NCBI GenBank assembly: GCA_046563655.1
Contig: CM102284.1
Location: 620,001 to 684,000, forward strand
Direction of reading: 5' to 3'
From: Yuukianura sp. NJ FZ-2021
Lineage: Eukaryota
DNA: 64,000 nucleotides
This document shows positions 24,906 to 36,849 of this stretch, in pieces. How positions within the stretch are numbered: the first letter of the stretch is position 1; every line of letters begins with the position of its first letter. The position numbers and the translations under genes were made by a program. The notes under the pieces are model-generated. The model did not search any database, had not been told where the DNA came from, and was given only the letters and a program-made list of their open reading frames with translations.

Positions 24906-27065
24906 ATTATCAGTAATCCCCAGAGTTTTGTTGTACCTGCAGCATGAACAGAATGGGTTAAGAATATTAACTAATGTCCACCGGTACATCCCTACTTTAC
25001 ATCCACAGGGCAGCGGATACGAAAGTTCAATTGTGAGGGAGTGAAGGTTAATTGACTTACCGAATGCCGATTAATTGATTTCCACCGATCCCTGGATGAA
25101 ATTAATCAGAATGACAAAGACGTCCACTCACTCCCGTCGAGAGTCGACTGCAAGCACTCGATAACTCCACCTGTACAAGCAAAGACTCATTAGAACTTGA
25201 TTAATTGAAAATTGTAAAGGAAGTACACTGTTCCTTGAGTTAATTGATAATCTCAATTCATAGGATATGAGATCCATCCCACAAGAATTACTATGTGCAC
25301 AAGCTCTCCAAAGGGCATGAAGGCCACTTTGGAGAAATTATTGCATGCGGAAACTAAAGGTCACCTTGACCTTCCAGTGTAACCTACCGATTATTGATTT
25401 CCACCGACCCCTGGATAAAATTAAGCAGTTAATTGAGATTGAGAATGACAACAGATAGACGTCCGCTCTTGTCCACCCTCCGCACCGCAAACCGCAAAAC
25501 AGAAACTTTCAACTACGGAAGCGTAAAAGGGCCAAATCACTTCCCACTGCTCGGTACTCGATGCCCAGTGCGCGGTTCCCAGTACCCGGTGCGCGGTTCC
25601 CAGTACTCGGTGCGCGGTTCCCAGTACTCGGTACCCGCTTCCCAGTACCCGGTGCGCGGTTCCCAGTACTCGGTGCGCGGTTCCCAGTACTCGGTACCCG
25701 CTTCCCAGTACCCGGTGCGTGGTTCCCAGTACTCGGTACCCGCTTCCCAGTACCAGGTGCGCGGTTCCCAGTACCCAGTGCGCGGTTCCCAGTACTCGGT
25801 ACCCGCTTCCCAGTTCCCGGTGCGCAGTTCCCAGTTCCCAGTACCCGGTGCGCGGTTCCCAGTACTCGCTGCGCGGTTCCCAGTACCCGGTGCGCGGTTC
25901 CCAGTACTCGGTACCCGCTTCCCAGTACCCGGTGCGCGGTTCCCAGTTCCCAGTACTCAGTGCGCGGTTCCCAGTTCTCGCTTCCCACTTCCCAGTACTC
26001 AGTGCGCGGTTCCCAGTTCTCGGTTCCCAGTTGATCAGCTGATATTTTATTATTTGATCTTATCTCTGTATTGTTCAATTACTTTCAATTTTTCTTAGTT
26101 GTACTTCTCAAGAAATAAAGTTTTGTGTTCAACATGTTCTGAAAATTAATGGATCAGCTGATTGTTGGATTAAGTTTACCTCTAAATCTAAATTCTTCGT
26201 ATTTGTTCCTGAAAACTTAATTAACTAGGAAATTGTAAATAATTTATCCTCTTTAGTTTACTTCACATACCAAAAAGTTGTAATTTGTCGCAACTAAAAA
26301 GCGCTCGGCGTGTAACACACTTTTAGAAAAAAATAAAAACCACTTTTCAAACTTTTTTTTCGTACAAAATAAGTATTTATTTTCATTCATAACATTTTTT
26401 TAACTGATTTGAAATTTTATTAACAAAGGAGCATAACGACAAAAAACTTGAAAATCAAGCAATAAAAGATGGTTTTACATTTTTAATTAATTTCTTAGCT
26501 AACCTGGTGATGCAGCGATTGGAATATCCCGTGAATGATCCATCATCAAAGTATTCCAATTTCCAACGAATGGTACCGAACACAATACTACAAAATAAAT
26601 TAGTACAAAATTTTAATTGGAAATGTTAAACTTACCAAATATTTTCAGATTAGAGGATTAGACTTTCGATGCACGCTTTCAGGTTTTTATTTGTTTACTG
26701 TTTAGCAAACAGCTTTTACTCGTAAAGCTCCACGCGAAGCAGCTTGGAGATCTTCAAACTTCCGAAATATTGAACTTAAAATTCAAATTCTGAAAACACG
26801 AAAAAAGTTCATAATTTTGAAAAGTTAAATGTTGTTAATGTTGCACTTTATTTTGCATCGTAATTGGCAGAAGTTGAATTAAAGATCATTAGATATTAAA
26901 TGTTAAGATAAACTCTGCTCTATCCATCTATTAAGTTCATTATAGGTTGTCCCTTCTACAAAAAATTGAATAAAAAGTATTAATACCGGAAGATGTAATT
27001 TGATCCTAAAAATGTAATTTTAAAAATCAAACATCTAAAATCTTAAGTCTGCATAAAAACTAAAA

Positions 27066-27630
27066 CTAAGGAGCATCAGATCCAGATTGCGGTCGCGACC
27101 GTTGTCGCCTTCTGGCCAGTTCAGAGTGCACGACTGGTCCCAACGGCGGGGCTCGAGGACTTTGTGACAGAGCGGAGTACGTTGCTTGTATGGCACTCTG
27201 AAAAAATGCAAAAATAGTGATTAGATTTGTAAAATCTCCTGTTCAATTTTTATGAAAATTATTACTTTGAGCGCTAATGGTTGACAATCGATTGGAAGTG
27301 AATGGGACGGGAGGGTGTATCTGTTTTGAATCCAAGCATGATTCACTACTTGGACAGCATTCGGACGGCGATTTGGATCTACTGCCAACATTTCTGGAAA
27401 AAAAAACACAAAAATGATTTCTCGATTCATATTCACGAAAAAAAGTAAATATTTTGTATCTGAACTCCTTAGCCAGAGTTACACTTAAAAATTCTTACGT
27501 TTGACGAGGTCCTTGGCCGGAGCGGAAATGAATGACCAATTTCCAGTGTTCATGTCCAAGGCGCCAGTTCCGATTCTTGACAAGATAGTGGCCGGAGTAT
27601 CACTTCCACCAGTTGCAAATGGCGTCTTCC
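27066..27630 (-). pseudogene. Last three exons (with introns) of a p90 ribosomal S6 kinase (RSK/S6kII) gene
   Basis: KTPFATGGSDTPATILSRIGTG...WSFISAPAKDLVK | MLAVDPNRRPNAVQVVNHAWI | SAIQATYSALSQSPRAPPLGPVVHSELARRR...* is the end of the RSK C-terminal kinase domain plus the ERK-docking tail. No upstream kinase exons are present. Confidence 0.85.
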
Positions 27631-27905
27631 TATATTTAGTTAGTTCAATATTAGTACTGCACAACATTATATTGCACAACATTTACTAATGATTTTGAGT
27701 TACTCTTTTTGCGTATGACCATTTTTTGAATTTTTTTTTAAATTGCTACCTGCAATAGGAGTCCCGGTTTGAATGACTGTTGCAATTGATTGTCCAGGCT
27801 CCAAGTTGGCAGTCGTAGAGGCCAAGGAAGGCTGCGGGGAATCTAAAATACATAACATTTATTAGCATAAACGCCACCACCTGGAGCAAAGTTAACTTTA
27901 AAAAG

Positions 27906-28283
27906 TTGGTTGGATACTACCAAACGGGGCCCAGATGAAAAATTTTCTAAGTCCAGAAAATTTGACCTGGCGTCCCCTGACAACCTCAAAAATGACCCCT
28001 ACAAAAGTTGTTGAGGTCAATGAGACGATCATTTTGACATATGACACACGACTGTGTGACCACTGGTTTGCCCTATAGGTCAAAAGGTTATGTTTTTACA
28101 AAACCTAACTTTTGACCTCAACAGCTGGTCACATAGCCATAAGTGATATGTCAAAATGATCGTCTCATTGACCTCGACAACTTTTGTAGGGGTCATTTTT
28201 GAGGTTGTCAGGAGACCCCGGGTCAAATTTTCTGGACTTAGAAAATTTTCATCTCTGCGCACCGTTTGCTAGTATCCAACCAA
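27906..28283. mobile_element. Palindromic MITE nested in the larger element
   Basis: ~170-bp inverted arms (ttggttggatacta...tagtatccaaccaa) around a short centre at ~28085-28110. Confidence 0.75.
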
Positions 28284-29969
28284 AAAGTTAGTTTAACTTA
28301 AAAAGTTAACTAAAACTTAACTTTAAAGTTGATTAATACACTTGTTATTGGGAATCTTGTTGGTTTCAAATGATAGTCTATGATATTAAGTCAAAGTGCG
28401 AATGACAAGCTCTCAACATATCAATAGTCTTAACAGTGTGTTTACCAACAAAGATTGATAAAATCAATTAAGCTAATCGCAATTATTGATATGATTTGCT
28501 AAAGTTTATAAACAAAGCCATGATTTAAATTTAATTATAAATACAAGCTGTTACGTATCACTTTGTTAAAGTGCTGATCAGAGATTATTGATTTTAAAAT
28601 ATCAGCTGATCAACTGGGAAGCGAGAACTGGGAACCGCGCACTGAGTACTGGGAACCGGGAACCGCGCACTGAGTACTGGGAAGTGGGAAGCGAGGACCA
28701 GGCACTGAGTAGTGAGAAGTGGGAAGTGAGGACCGCGCACTGGGAACTGGGAACCGCGCACTGAGTACTGGGAAGTGGGAAGCGTGAGAGGGCCAGGTAC
28801 TGAGTAGTGGGAACTGAGAACCGCGCACCGAGTACTGGGAACCGGGAATCGAGTACTGGGATCGCTCACCGGGTACTGGGAACCGCGCACCGAGTACTGG
28901 GAACCGCGCACCGAGTACTGTGAACCGCGCACCGGGTACTGGAAACCGGGAACCGAGTACTGGGAATCGCGCACCGGGTACTGGAAACCGGGAACCGAGT
29001 ACTGGGAACCGCGTACCGAGTACTGGGAACCGCGCACCGGGTACTGGGAACCAGGAATCGAGTACTGGGAGCCGCGCACCGAGTACTGGGAACCGCGCAC
29101 CGAGTACTAGGAACCGTGCACCGAGTACTGGGAACCGCGCAGTTCAACTCCAATGTATTGCTTATGGAGGAGGTAATCGGGAAGCGAGTTGGCACTTTTA
29201 CGCTTCCGTATTCAACAAATCCTCGCCAGAGGAGACACCTTCTAGTAGAAGGTTCTACGAGGTTGCAATAAATGAATCTACACCATTTGTACACACAAAG
29301 TGTAACCACCGCACCCTTTCTTATAACGATCGAATGGTTACTATCAATTGGTTGAGCTAAGTTCCTTAAAATTTAATAACTCAAAAAGTGTAGACGGGGC
29401 TCTAATGTATTTACGTTACCGTAACTATTGGATTCGGGTTTTGGACAAAAGCGATAGTGATGGTTACCCTATAGCAGCGGTAGTCTACTTCCGCCAAATA
29501 CACGCAAAATACACTAACCAAACACAGTAACAACAACAACTACTTGCTCCAGAAGCAAATCAGTAACACTTACTTAATAATTAAGTTCTGCTTCAATTGG
29601 ATGACGTAAAATATTAAAATCTCTCAAAATAACTATAAAAAATTGATAAGTTAGTTGATTGAATGTCGTAGCACATTTTTCTCAAAACGGAGCAAAAACT
29701 TCGGTAAAGTATTCTCCCACTATAAGGCCTCTCATTGCAACACAAAAATATTTCGTTTTTTTTTTTCAAAAATAGTCATAAGCTCTGAATTTCATTTTAT
29801 CACACTGGTCTGTTAGACATAAGTTAGGTTACATAATCTAACGAGTCCTTACATAGTGTACCTATACACTTAATGTACTCTACTCTAACATAAAGCTAAG
29901 GTTATGTCAGCTGACACAATCTAAGGTTTTGTAATCTTACATAACTGCAGTTGTGTAAGCATGAGTAAG

Positions 29970-31212
29970 TTAGGCAGTTGATATGAACGGTTTTAAAAAT
30001 GCTTTCATGACCTGGTAGACACTAGATGATTCTTGAGCCAGGTTTTGTACAATGGTAAAGTGGTCATCAGAGGCACTTGAGTAGAAACTTGTTCGGTTGG
30101 CCAATGGAGTTTGAGTCCTTAGTTGTTGCAAGTAAGCGAACGACTGACGATGAAACTCTGGAGAATCGTGTTCTCCTATGAGAATAAGAGTCCGAAGGAA
30201 TCCAAAGTCTATGACGTTGTTGAACGGAAGAAAAAGAGGACTTGACGCCACAGCTTCGTTTCTACAAAAATCAAAAGCGAAGTTACGACGATTGTTGGAA
30301 TGAACTTAGATTTGGTTAACTTACTGGCTGAAATTGAGCGAATCATTGACATAAGTAAGTAAAAGTGGACGAAGATCAAAAACTCCTGAAATGAGCACAA
30401 GTCCGACAATAGATCGTCCGATAATAGGATCCAGATTTGGCGAATGGAGAAGGCTAGAAGCCAATTGAGCTCCGGCTGAGTGTCCTCCGATGATTAGTTT
30501 CCGTCCAGGATCTGCGTGTCCTTTGAACAACACTTGGATAGCATCCACTAAACCTGTTTCCATTTCTGATACTTTTGCTGAAAATGACAGTATTCAAAGA
30601 TTTAGTCGACATCCTTGTGTAGACGAATACTTTGAAGTTTTCGTAAATCAGAAAGGAGTTTCCTACCTTCCGGAGCCAAAGTGTAGCCAAAAACAAGTGT
30701 TTTGATCCCAATCTTGTAATTCAGCATTGAAATTCCACCGGAAATGTCCTTGCTTCCTTCTGAACAAAAAAATATTCGAGTTAGGTTAGAGATGGATTGC
30801 ACTTTTGCACTCATGCATGTTTGAACTGTGGAGGAGGAGGTGGATTGATTGATTAGATTGTCCTGTACCTTGCCAATATCCACCATGTATGAACACAAAA
30901 ACAGGAGCGCGGATACCCAGATTCGTTCCATACAAATCAAAAACCTGAGCTGGTTGGGTGCCATATGGAATGTCCAATTGGTGTGGCACTGCGGCACGAG
31001 CTGCTGCTGTATCTGAAATACAGAAACGATTTTTTTTTGCAAATTTTCAAAAATCAATGATTAAAGAAGAATACTGATTGAAAGTTACAATCTGCCGAAG
31101 TTGTCAAGTACTCTTGGATAACTTCGTCCGGTGTTTTGGTTGGGTTCCATTGACTAGGAGAGACTTCCTTCGCCAGTTCAGTTCTGGATAACTGCATCCA
31201 TTCCGGATTCAT
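29970..31212 (-). CDS. KFase: Kynurenine formamidase / arylformamidase-like alpha/beta hydrolase (multi-exon)
   Basis: SPSQW N-terminal motif, DIPYG...FDLY, VFIHGGYWQ oxyanion motif, GHSAG nucleophile elbow, ISGVFDLRPL, GEHDSPEFHRQS, DHFTIV. An extra upstream exon cannot be excluded. Confidence 0.9.
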
Positions 31213-32105
31213 GGCTACAAACATAAATAATCAATTAGAACGAAAGAAGACTCAATTACTTCATTCAAGGTCGAACCTTTAAGTTTAAGCGTAATCCGAT
31301 GATTTGCAAGGCAACCGCCGAATCTAAACAACTGAATTAACTAAAAGTAACCAAAAAAGTTAAATTCAACTTAACATAGTTCTTCTTCAGCTCAACTTCC
31401 ATAATCCACGATTCCTGGATTATTTTTGTTGTGGGGTGTCACTAATCCACAGACTAGCGCAAAAGAAATTCCCGCTGAGCGTTGTAATGATAGGGACAAG
31501 ATGCGATTTAGATAAATTTCTGAATGTAAATAAAAGCATTTAAATCGGTTTCTTCTTGCTTCTCTTAAATTAAAAGTTCTAAATTAACAGTTAACTAATC
31601 TTAGTTGGGAATCTATTAAATTGCATTGAATTTACATAAATGGAAAAATACAGGGTAGACATGCACCTTGCCAGATAAACTGTAAAAATTGAACCCTGTG
31701 TTCCAAACCCAAACGAAACCTCTACTTTGCTTTTAGTGTTTTTTATGTTTATATTTCTTGATTCCCGTGTAAGTGTAGTGAGCATTTTAGTTGAAATAAG
31801 TTCTGAAGGCATATTTGCCAACCAATTTTATTCTTATCAAACAATAGCAATAGGCATTATAACGTTCAAGTTTTCAAATGTTCCTAAACAGAAACCGTGG
31901 TATTTGACTTTTAGAACTCGCAAAATAGCAAGTAAAATTCGGACAAACATTTCAAAATTCTATTTTTGTAACAATCCAGCTCAAATTGCAGAAAGCTCCT
32001 CAACCAAATAAACTTCGAAACCGTTTTATGTTCTGAACTTGGCATATTCGGCCAGTAGAACTTTTGGTTTCAAATTCATCAGTCAGCTACATAAAACATT
32101 TCATC

Positions 32106-33681
32106 ATGTTAACCATCTCAGTAATTAAAGTCAAGAAACATCATGAATTGAAACTCAAACTTCTAGCCAAGAAGAACAGGAACGCCAACTTTTGGTTGAA
32201 GATAATGTATTCCTGGGCAAAATTTGTACACTGCGTTCCCGTTGAGTACAAATATGCACAAAATGTGGCAGCAATCATTGCAGTTAGCAACAACACCACG
32301 GCCAATACGGTATTTGGAATATGCGCAATATTTGTTGTAGCATGTTTTAATCTATATTTGTACTACGAAATGTGTATTGGAGTTACGACAAGAATAGAAG
32401 CATTGTTTATCATTGGCACCAACAGCATTTTTGGTATACTAAATTTTACGCAGGCTTTGATGTTGGTTCCGCAACTGCGTCGACGCATAATAAATATAAC
32501 GAACGTCTCAGTCAAAACTTGGTATCGTATTTCAAATCGTACTCCACGCTCTTTTGAAGTTTTCTGTTGTGTTATGTGCTTTACTTCCATTACTTATCCG
32601 CTTTTGTATCTTCCTGGTCTGTACTTTTCGTCTCTTCAATTTCCCGGAGCTTTCAAATCACTTGAGAACGGACTAAAATTTGTAGCTAACAAAAGTGAGC
32701 ACATCGCTCCAATTGCACCAATGCTACTCTTTATAGCGCTTAAACTGTGTATATTATCAGTGGTTTCATTGGGATTATTCCGTTCTCTTGTTAATTCTGT
32801 AATATTCACTCACTGGGGAATCACATACTTCTTTACCACAACGCAATGCCTTCAAGTACTACAAGCCAGAAGGTAAGTAACACACGAGGTTTTATCTAAT
32901 ATACATAGAGTAATAAGATGTGCACTGTATGCACCATAACTATCGGGTGTACCATAAGTCCGTTGTATCTTTTTTCTTTCTGTGTAACTTCTCCATTTAA
33001 ATCTTTCATCTCTAGCCGTGGAGTTTTTGGAGCTAATGAATTTTTTACAGAGAAAGTTATAACGGACTTATGGTACACCCGATATTTTCAATAGTTCCGG
33101 TGTACGATACTTACTTAAGACATAATAAGCGCAATATGCAACATATTAAAAGTATACATACTATATATATTTTTCAAATCGTTCTTTACAGCAATACATA
33201 TTTGCCTACGGACGCACATTCTTACTCAAAGGTTGGTTTGAGGAGCACTGCTGTGGAGTATTTGAAGATTCGATTGATCTCTCAGGAATACAGCCAAGTC
33301 ATGTCTTTCCTTTTAGCCTTCTTTTTAGCCAATGGTTTAGTTACGGTTGTTGTACTGAGTTTTCTTGTGCTTCGCGATATTCAGCATCCAACTATACTGA
33401 TTGTTCCATTTTCTGTAGCAGATTTATTCCTCATTGTTACAGCCAACCTTTTCATAACTCTTTCAACGGATATTTACATCACTTCAAAGCAACTCATTCA
33501 AAAATTTACTCTGTGCAGAAGAGGTTTGAGCAAATTGGATTCAAAGTTTTGGCGGGGAATGGCCCCTCTGCGCATCAACGTTGGGAATACTTTCTCTTTT
33601 GAAACGAGAGAATTCATGTTGTTCATTTGGGGTCAAGTTGTCATTACTATCATTAACTTACTAATTGCATTTAAAAGGTAA
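32106..33681 (+). CDS. Gustatory-receptor-like multi-pass chemoreceptor, copy 1 (2 exons)
   Basis: Multiple TM helices and C-terminal FWRGMAPLRINVG...WGQVVITIINLLI. Paralogous to the next two genes. Confidence 0.7.
32941..33084. mobile_element. Tc1/mariner-type MITE in the intron of GR-like copy 1
   Basis: Perfect 24-bp inverted ends TATCGGGTGTACCATAAGTCCGTT / AACGGACTTATGGTACACCCGATA with terminal TA. Confidence 0.8.
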
Positions 33682-34018
33682 TATATATTGATATATTCTG
33701 TTCTGAATAAAATGCATACACAAGAATTTTTTTTTGTTTTTAAATTTTGGCCACGCAAGCATGTACTTTGCCTTTATGAAGAATTGTAGATGTAACTTCC
33801 TACGGGCTCTTTATTCACGTTTCTGTGTAACATATTATTATTTTCAATCGTTTCGCAAATTATAGCAGGTAGAAAATTTCCAGCCTTATAATTTACCAAG
33901 TTGAAAATTTCCAACCTTGTAATTCACTGTGTTGGAAATTTCCGACTTTGTAATTTGCTTATGTGACGTTCAGGTCTCTGGCTTGATAGCGGAGTGAAAG
34001 TTAGTGTGGAAAATACTG

Positions 34019-34087
34019 GAGCCAAGGGGGATTCGAACCCACGTCTCTTCAATCCATGAAAAGCTCTAACCCTTGAGCTATCGGGTC
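34019..34087 (-). repeat. tRNA-like dispersed repeat copy (intergenic)
   Basis: Minus strand reads GACCCGATAGCTCAAGGGTTAGAGCTTTTCATGGATTGAAGAGACGTGGGTTCGAATCCCCCTTGGCTC. Confidence 0.7.
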
Positions 34088-34493
34088 TTTCCTACACTAT
34101 CCCAGGATGAACCAATTTAGAAGACTGGCTATCCCAGCGGCTTTGAAAATAAAAAAAATTTTTAAACCGAGTCCTCGAGAAAGCCCTTCTGACGCCATAT
34201 TTCTAAAATATTCTTGATCTTATCAAACTACATTGGAGACTATGAAGGTCAAGTCTTGGTAAGTGGTTTTACATGTTCGTAAACAGGGACCGCTGTGTTT
34301 TGCTTACAAAACAGAAAGTAAAAATTGATTATATTCGGCCAAACATGCAGAACTTTCATTTCTGAGTCACTCCAGGATCATATCGCTGAAACCCTTTCAA
34401 TCCAGTATTAAAAATTCCAAACTTTTCAGTATGTTTTCCAATTTAAACAGTCGCGCATTTAAACGATTGCCTTCAAAGTCTAAACATTTCATC

Positions 34494-36376
34494 ATGTTAT
34501 CATTCTTAGAAATTGAAGCCAGCACAGCTCGGTCCAAACTGAAATTCAAACTAAGAAAAAATATACGTTCCTTTCGTTTATATCAGGTAACATATTTGGA
34601 TATTAACAAACTTCTACATGCTAACACGGCGATATACAACATAAATACTACATTAACACTAACTTATTAACTTAATAATTTTATTACTTAATTTATTATT
34701 AACATTAAATTGTAATTATGTAGTTAACTACAGCTATGAACAACGCCAACTGTTGGTTGAAGATCATGCACTCATGGGCAAAATTTGTACACTGTGTTCC
34801 AGTTGAGTACAAATATGGACAAAATATGGCAGGGACACTTACATTCAGCAAGGACACTATGGGCAATATGGTATTTGGAGTATGCTCAATATTTGTTGTA
34901 GGATGCTTCACTCTCTACTGGTACTATGAAGTATGTTTCGGAGTTACCACAAAAATAGAAGGGCTCTTTATCATTGGCATCAACTGCATCTTAAACACGC
35001 TTAACCTAATGCAGACTTTGATTTGGCTTCCGGCACTGCGTCGACGCATACTCAATATTACCAATATCTCAATCAAAACTTGGTTTCGTATGTCCAATCG
35101 CCTCCCGCGCTCTTATGAAATCTTGTCTTTCCTCTTCTGCTATAATTCAATTACTTACCCGTTTTTGTTGCTCCCGTCTCTCTACTTTGTATCTCTTCTA
35201 TTTCCGGGTGTTTTCACTATGCTTGAACATGGAATGAAATTTGTGGCCTACAAAACTGCCCAAATCGCGCCAAATGTGGCTGATCCTTCAATGTTACTTT
35301 TTGCATCGCTCAAACTGTGTATTTTGTCTGTAATTTCAATCGGTGTGGGCCGTTCCCTTGTTAACGGTTTAATATTTACTCATTGGATACTCACCTACTT
35401 CTTTACAACAAGACAATGCCTGAAGGTGCTAAAAGCCAGAAGGTACGTATAACAAGTCTTTATGTCATATACCATTCACTACATGCACAACCCATATTAT
35501 ATTATATTTTATATATATACATATTATATGCATATTATATACATATTAAATATAAACACGCTTCTTATACAAGAGTAGAAAAAAGTAGTTTAAAACCATC
35601 CCCCTGCGTTCAGCCCCTTAGCAACCAATCAATCTAGTTTTGGTTTGTGACGTCACTCGGTGAAAAATACGGGAATTCGGGGAGTAAGGATGGTATCCTT
35701 ATAGCAACCCATATACCGCTTTTTGTTTAGATAAGCGCCTGGCAATTTAATCTGACGATTACGGTATTTTTCAACGAGTGACGTCATAAAAAATGACGTG
35801 GTAACCTAACAAATTTCTCTTCGCACTACCTAGTATTATTCTATTTACCTTGGTTTAAAACTATAATATTTTGAAATATTTCTTTACAGTGATACATTTT
35901 TGCATACCGATGCAAATTTTTACTTGAGGTCATTTCTCCGCAGTACTCAAGTGGAATATGTGAAAATTCGATTGATTTCCCAAGAATACAGTCAACTTAT
36001 GGCTCTCATTTTAGCTATCTTTTTTGTCAATGGTTTCGTCGCAGTTGTTGTCTTGAGTTTTCTTGTGATTCGGGATATTCCACAGCCTACTCTACTCATT
36101 GTCCCATTTTCTGTGGCAGATACAGCTATCATTATTGCAGCAAACTTTGTCATAACTCTCTCAACTGATATTTACATCAACTCAAAACAACTCATTCAAA
36201 AACTTGCTCTCCGCAGAAGGGTTGTGAACAAATTGGATGCAAAGTTTTGGCGGGGAATGGCCCCTCTGCGCATCAAAGTTGGGAATATTTCTGCTTTTGA
36301 AACTAGAGAATTCACACTGTTCATTTGGGGTCAAGTTGTCATTGTTGCTATCATTAACTTACTCATTACATTTTAG
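34494..36376 (+). CDS. Gustatory-receptor-like chemoreceptor, copy 2 (3 exons)
   Basis: ORFs 34736-35452 and 35900-36376 are paralogous to copy 1, with an extra short first exon. Confidence 0.7.
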
Positions 36377-36849
36377 ATGTAGTGCTTTATCTACAACTCT
36401 ATCTACCCCATTTTGAATCTCAAACGTAGGAATTTACGAAATTTAAAATTCACAACCTTGTAAATGTCGGAAAAGTTTTTGACATGGAAATTTTTTTGGA
36501 AATAAAACCGAGTCGCTGATACACCCTAAAGTTTGAATACCATGTTTGAAAAATATTCTTGATTTTATCAAACTGCATTAAGGATTTTGAATATCAAGTT
36601 TTCGTAAGTGGTTTGCAATTTTCCTAAACACGAGGCCGAGGCGTGGCGCTTTGCTTTTAAAACTCTCAAAAACAACAAGTAAAAATGATTAAATTCTATT
36701 AAACATGTAAAACCTTTATTTCCGGATTATTCGAGATCATATCACAAAAGAACTTCTCAATCTAATATTAAATTCAAAGCCTTTTGATGCTTTGAAATTT
36801 GAATACCCGACCAGTTGAACTTTTGCCGTCAAATTCTAAACACTTCATC

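Larger units (their letters stand above)
25514..29210. mobile_element. 3.7-kb foldback-type DNA transposon with IS3EU-like termini, carrying host gene fragments
   Basis: TIRs TACGGAAGCGTAAAAG(G/T)GCCAA(A/C)TC(A/G)CTTCCC at both ends. 6-bp TSD TTCAAC (25508-25513, 29211-29216). Inverted ~21-bp minisatellite arms ~25550-26048 and ~28596-29140. No transposase inside. Confidence 0.88.

Noticed and set aside
29163-29180. TATGGAGG inside the right arm, resembling the end of the 15.5-kb element
   Set aside because: Only an 8-bp match, with no partner end or TSD.
25433-29360. Several ORFs with VRGSQY / ARFPVP / GTGNR repeats
   Set aside because: Translations of the transposon's subterminal minisatellite arms, open in several frames and on both strands.
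22540-29663. 9-bp inverted match TTCAATCAA / TTGATTGAA at both ends of the non-duplicated block
   Set aside because: Too short and AT-rich, with no TSD; cannot be distinguished from chance.
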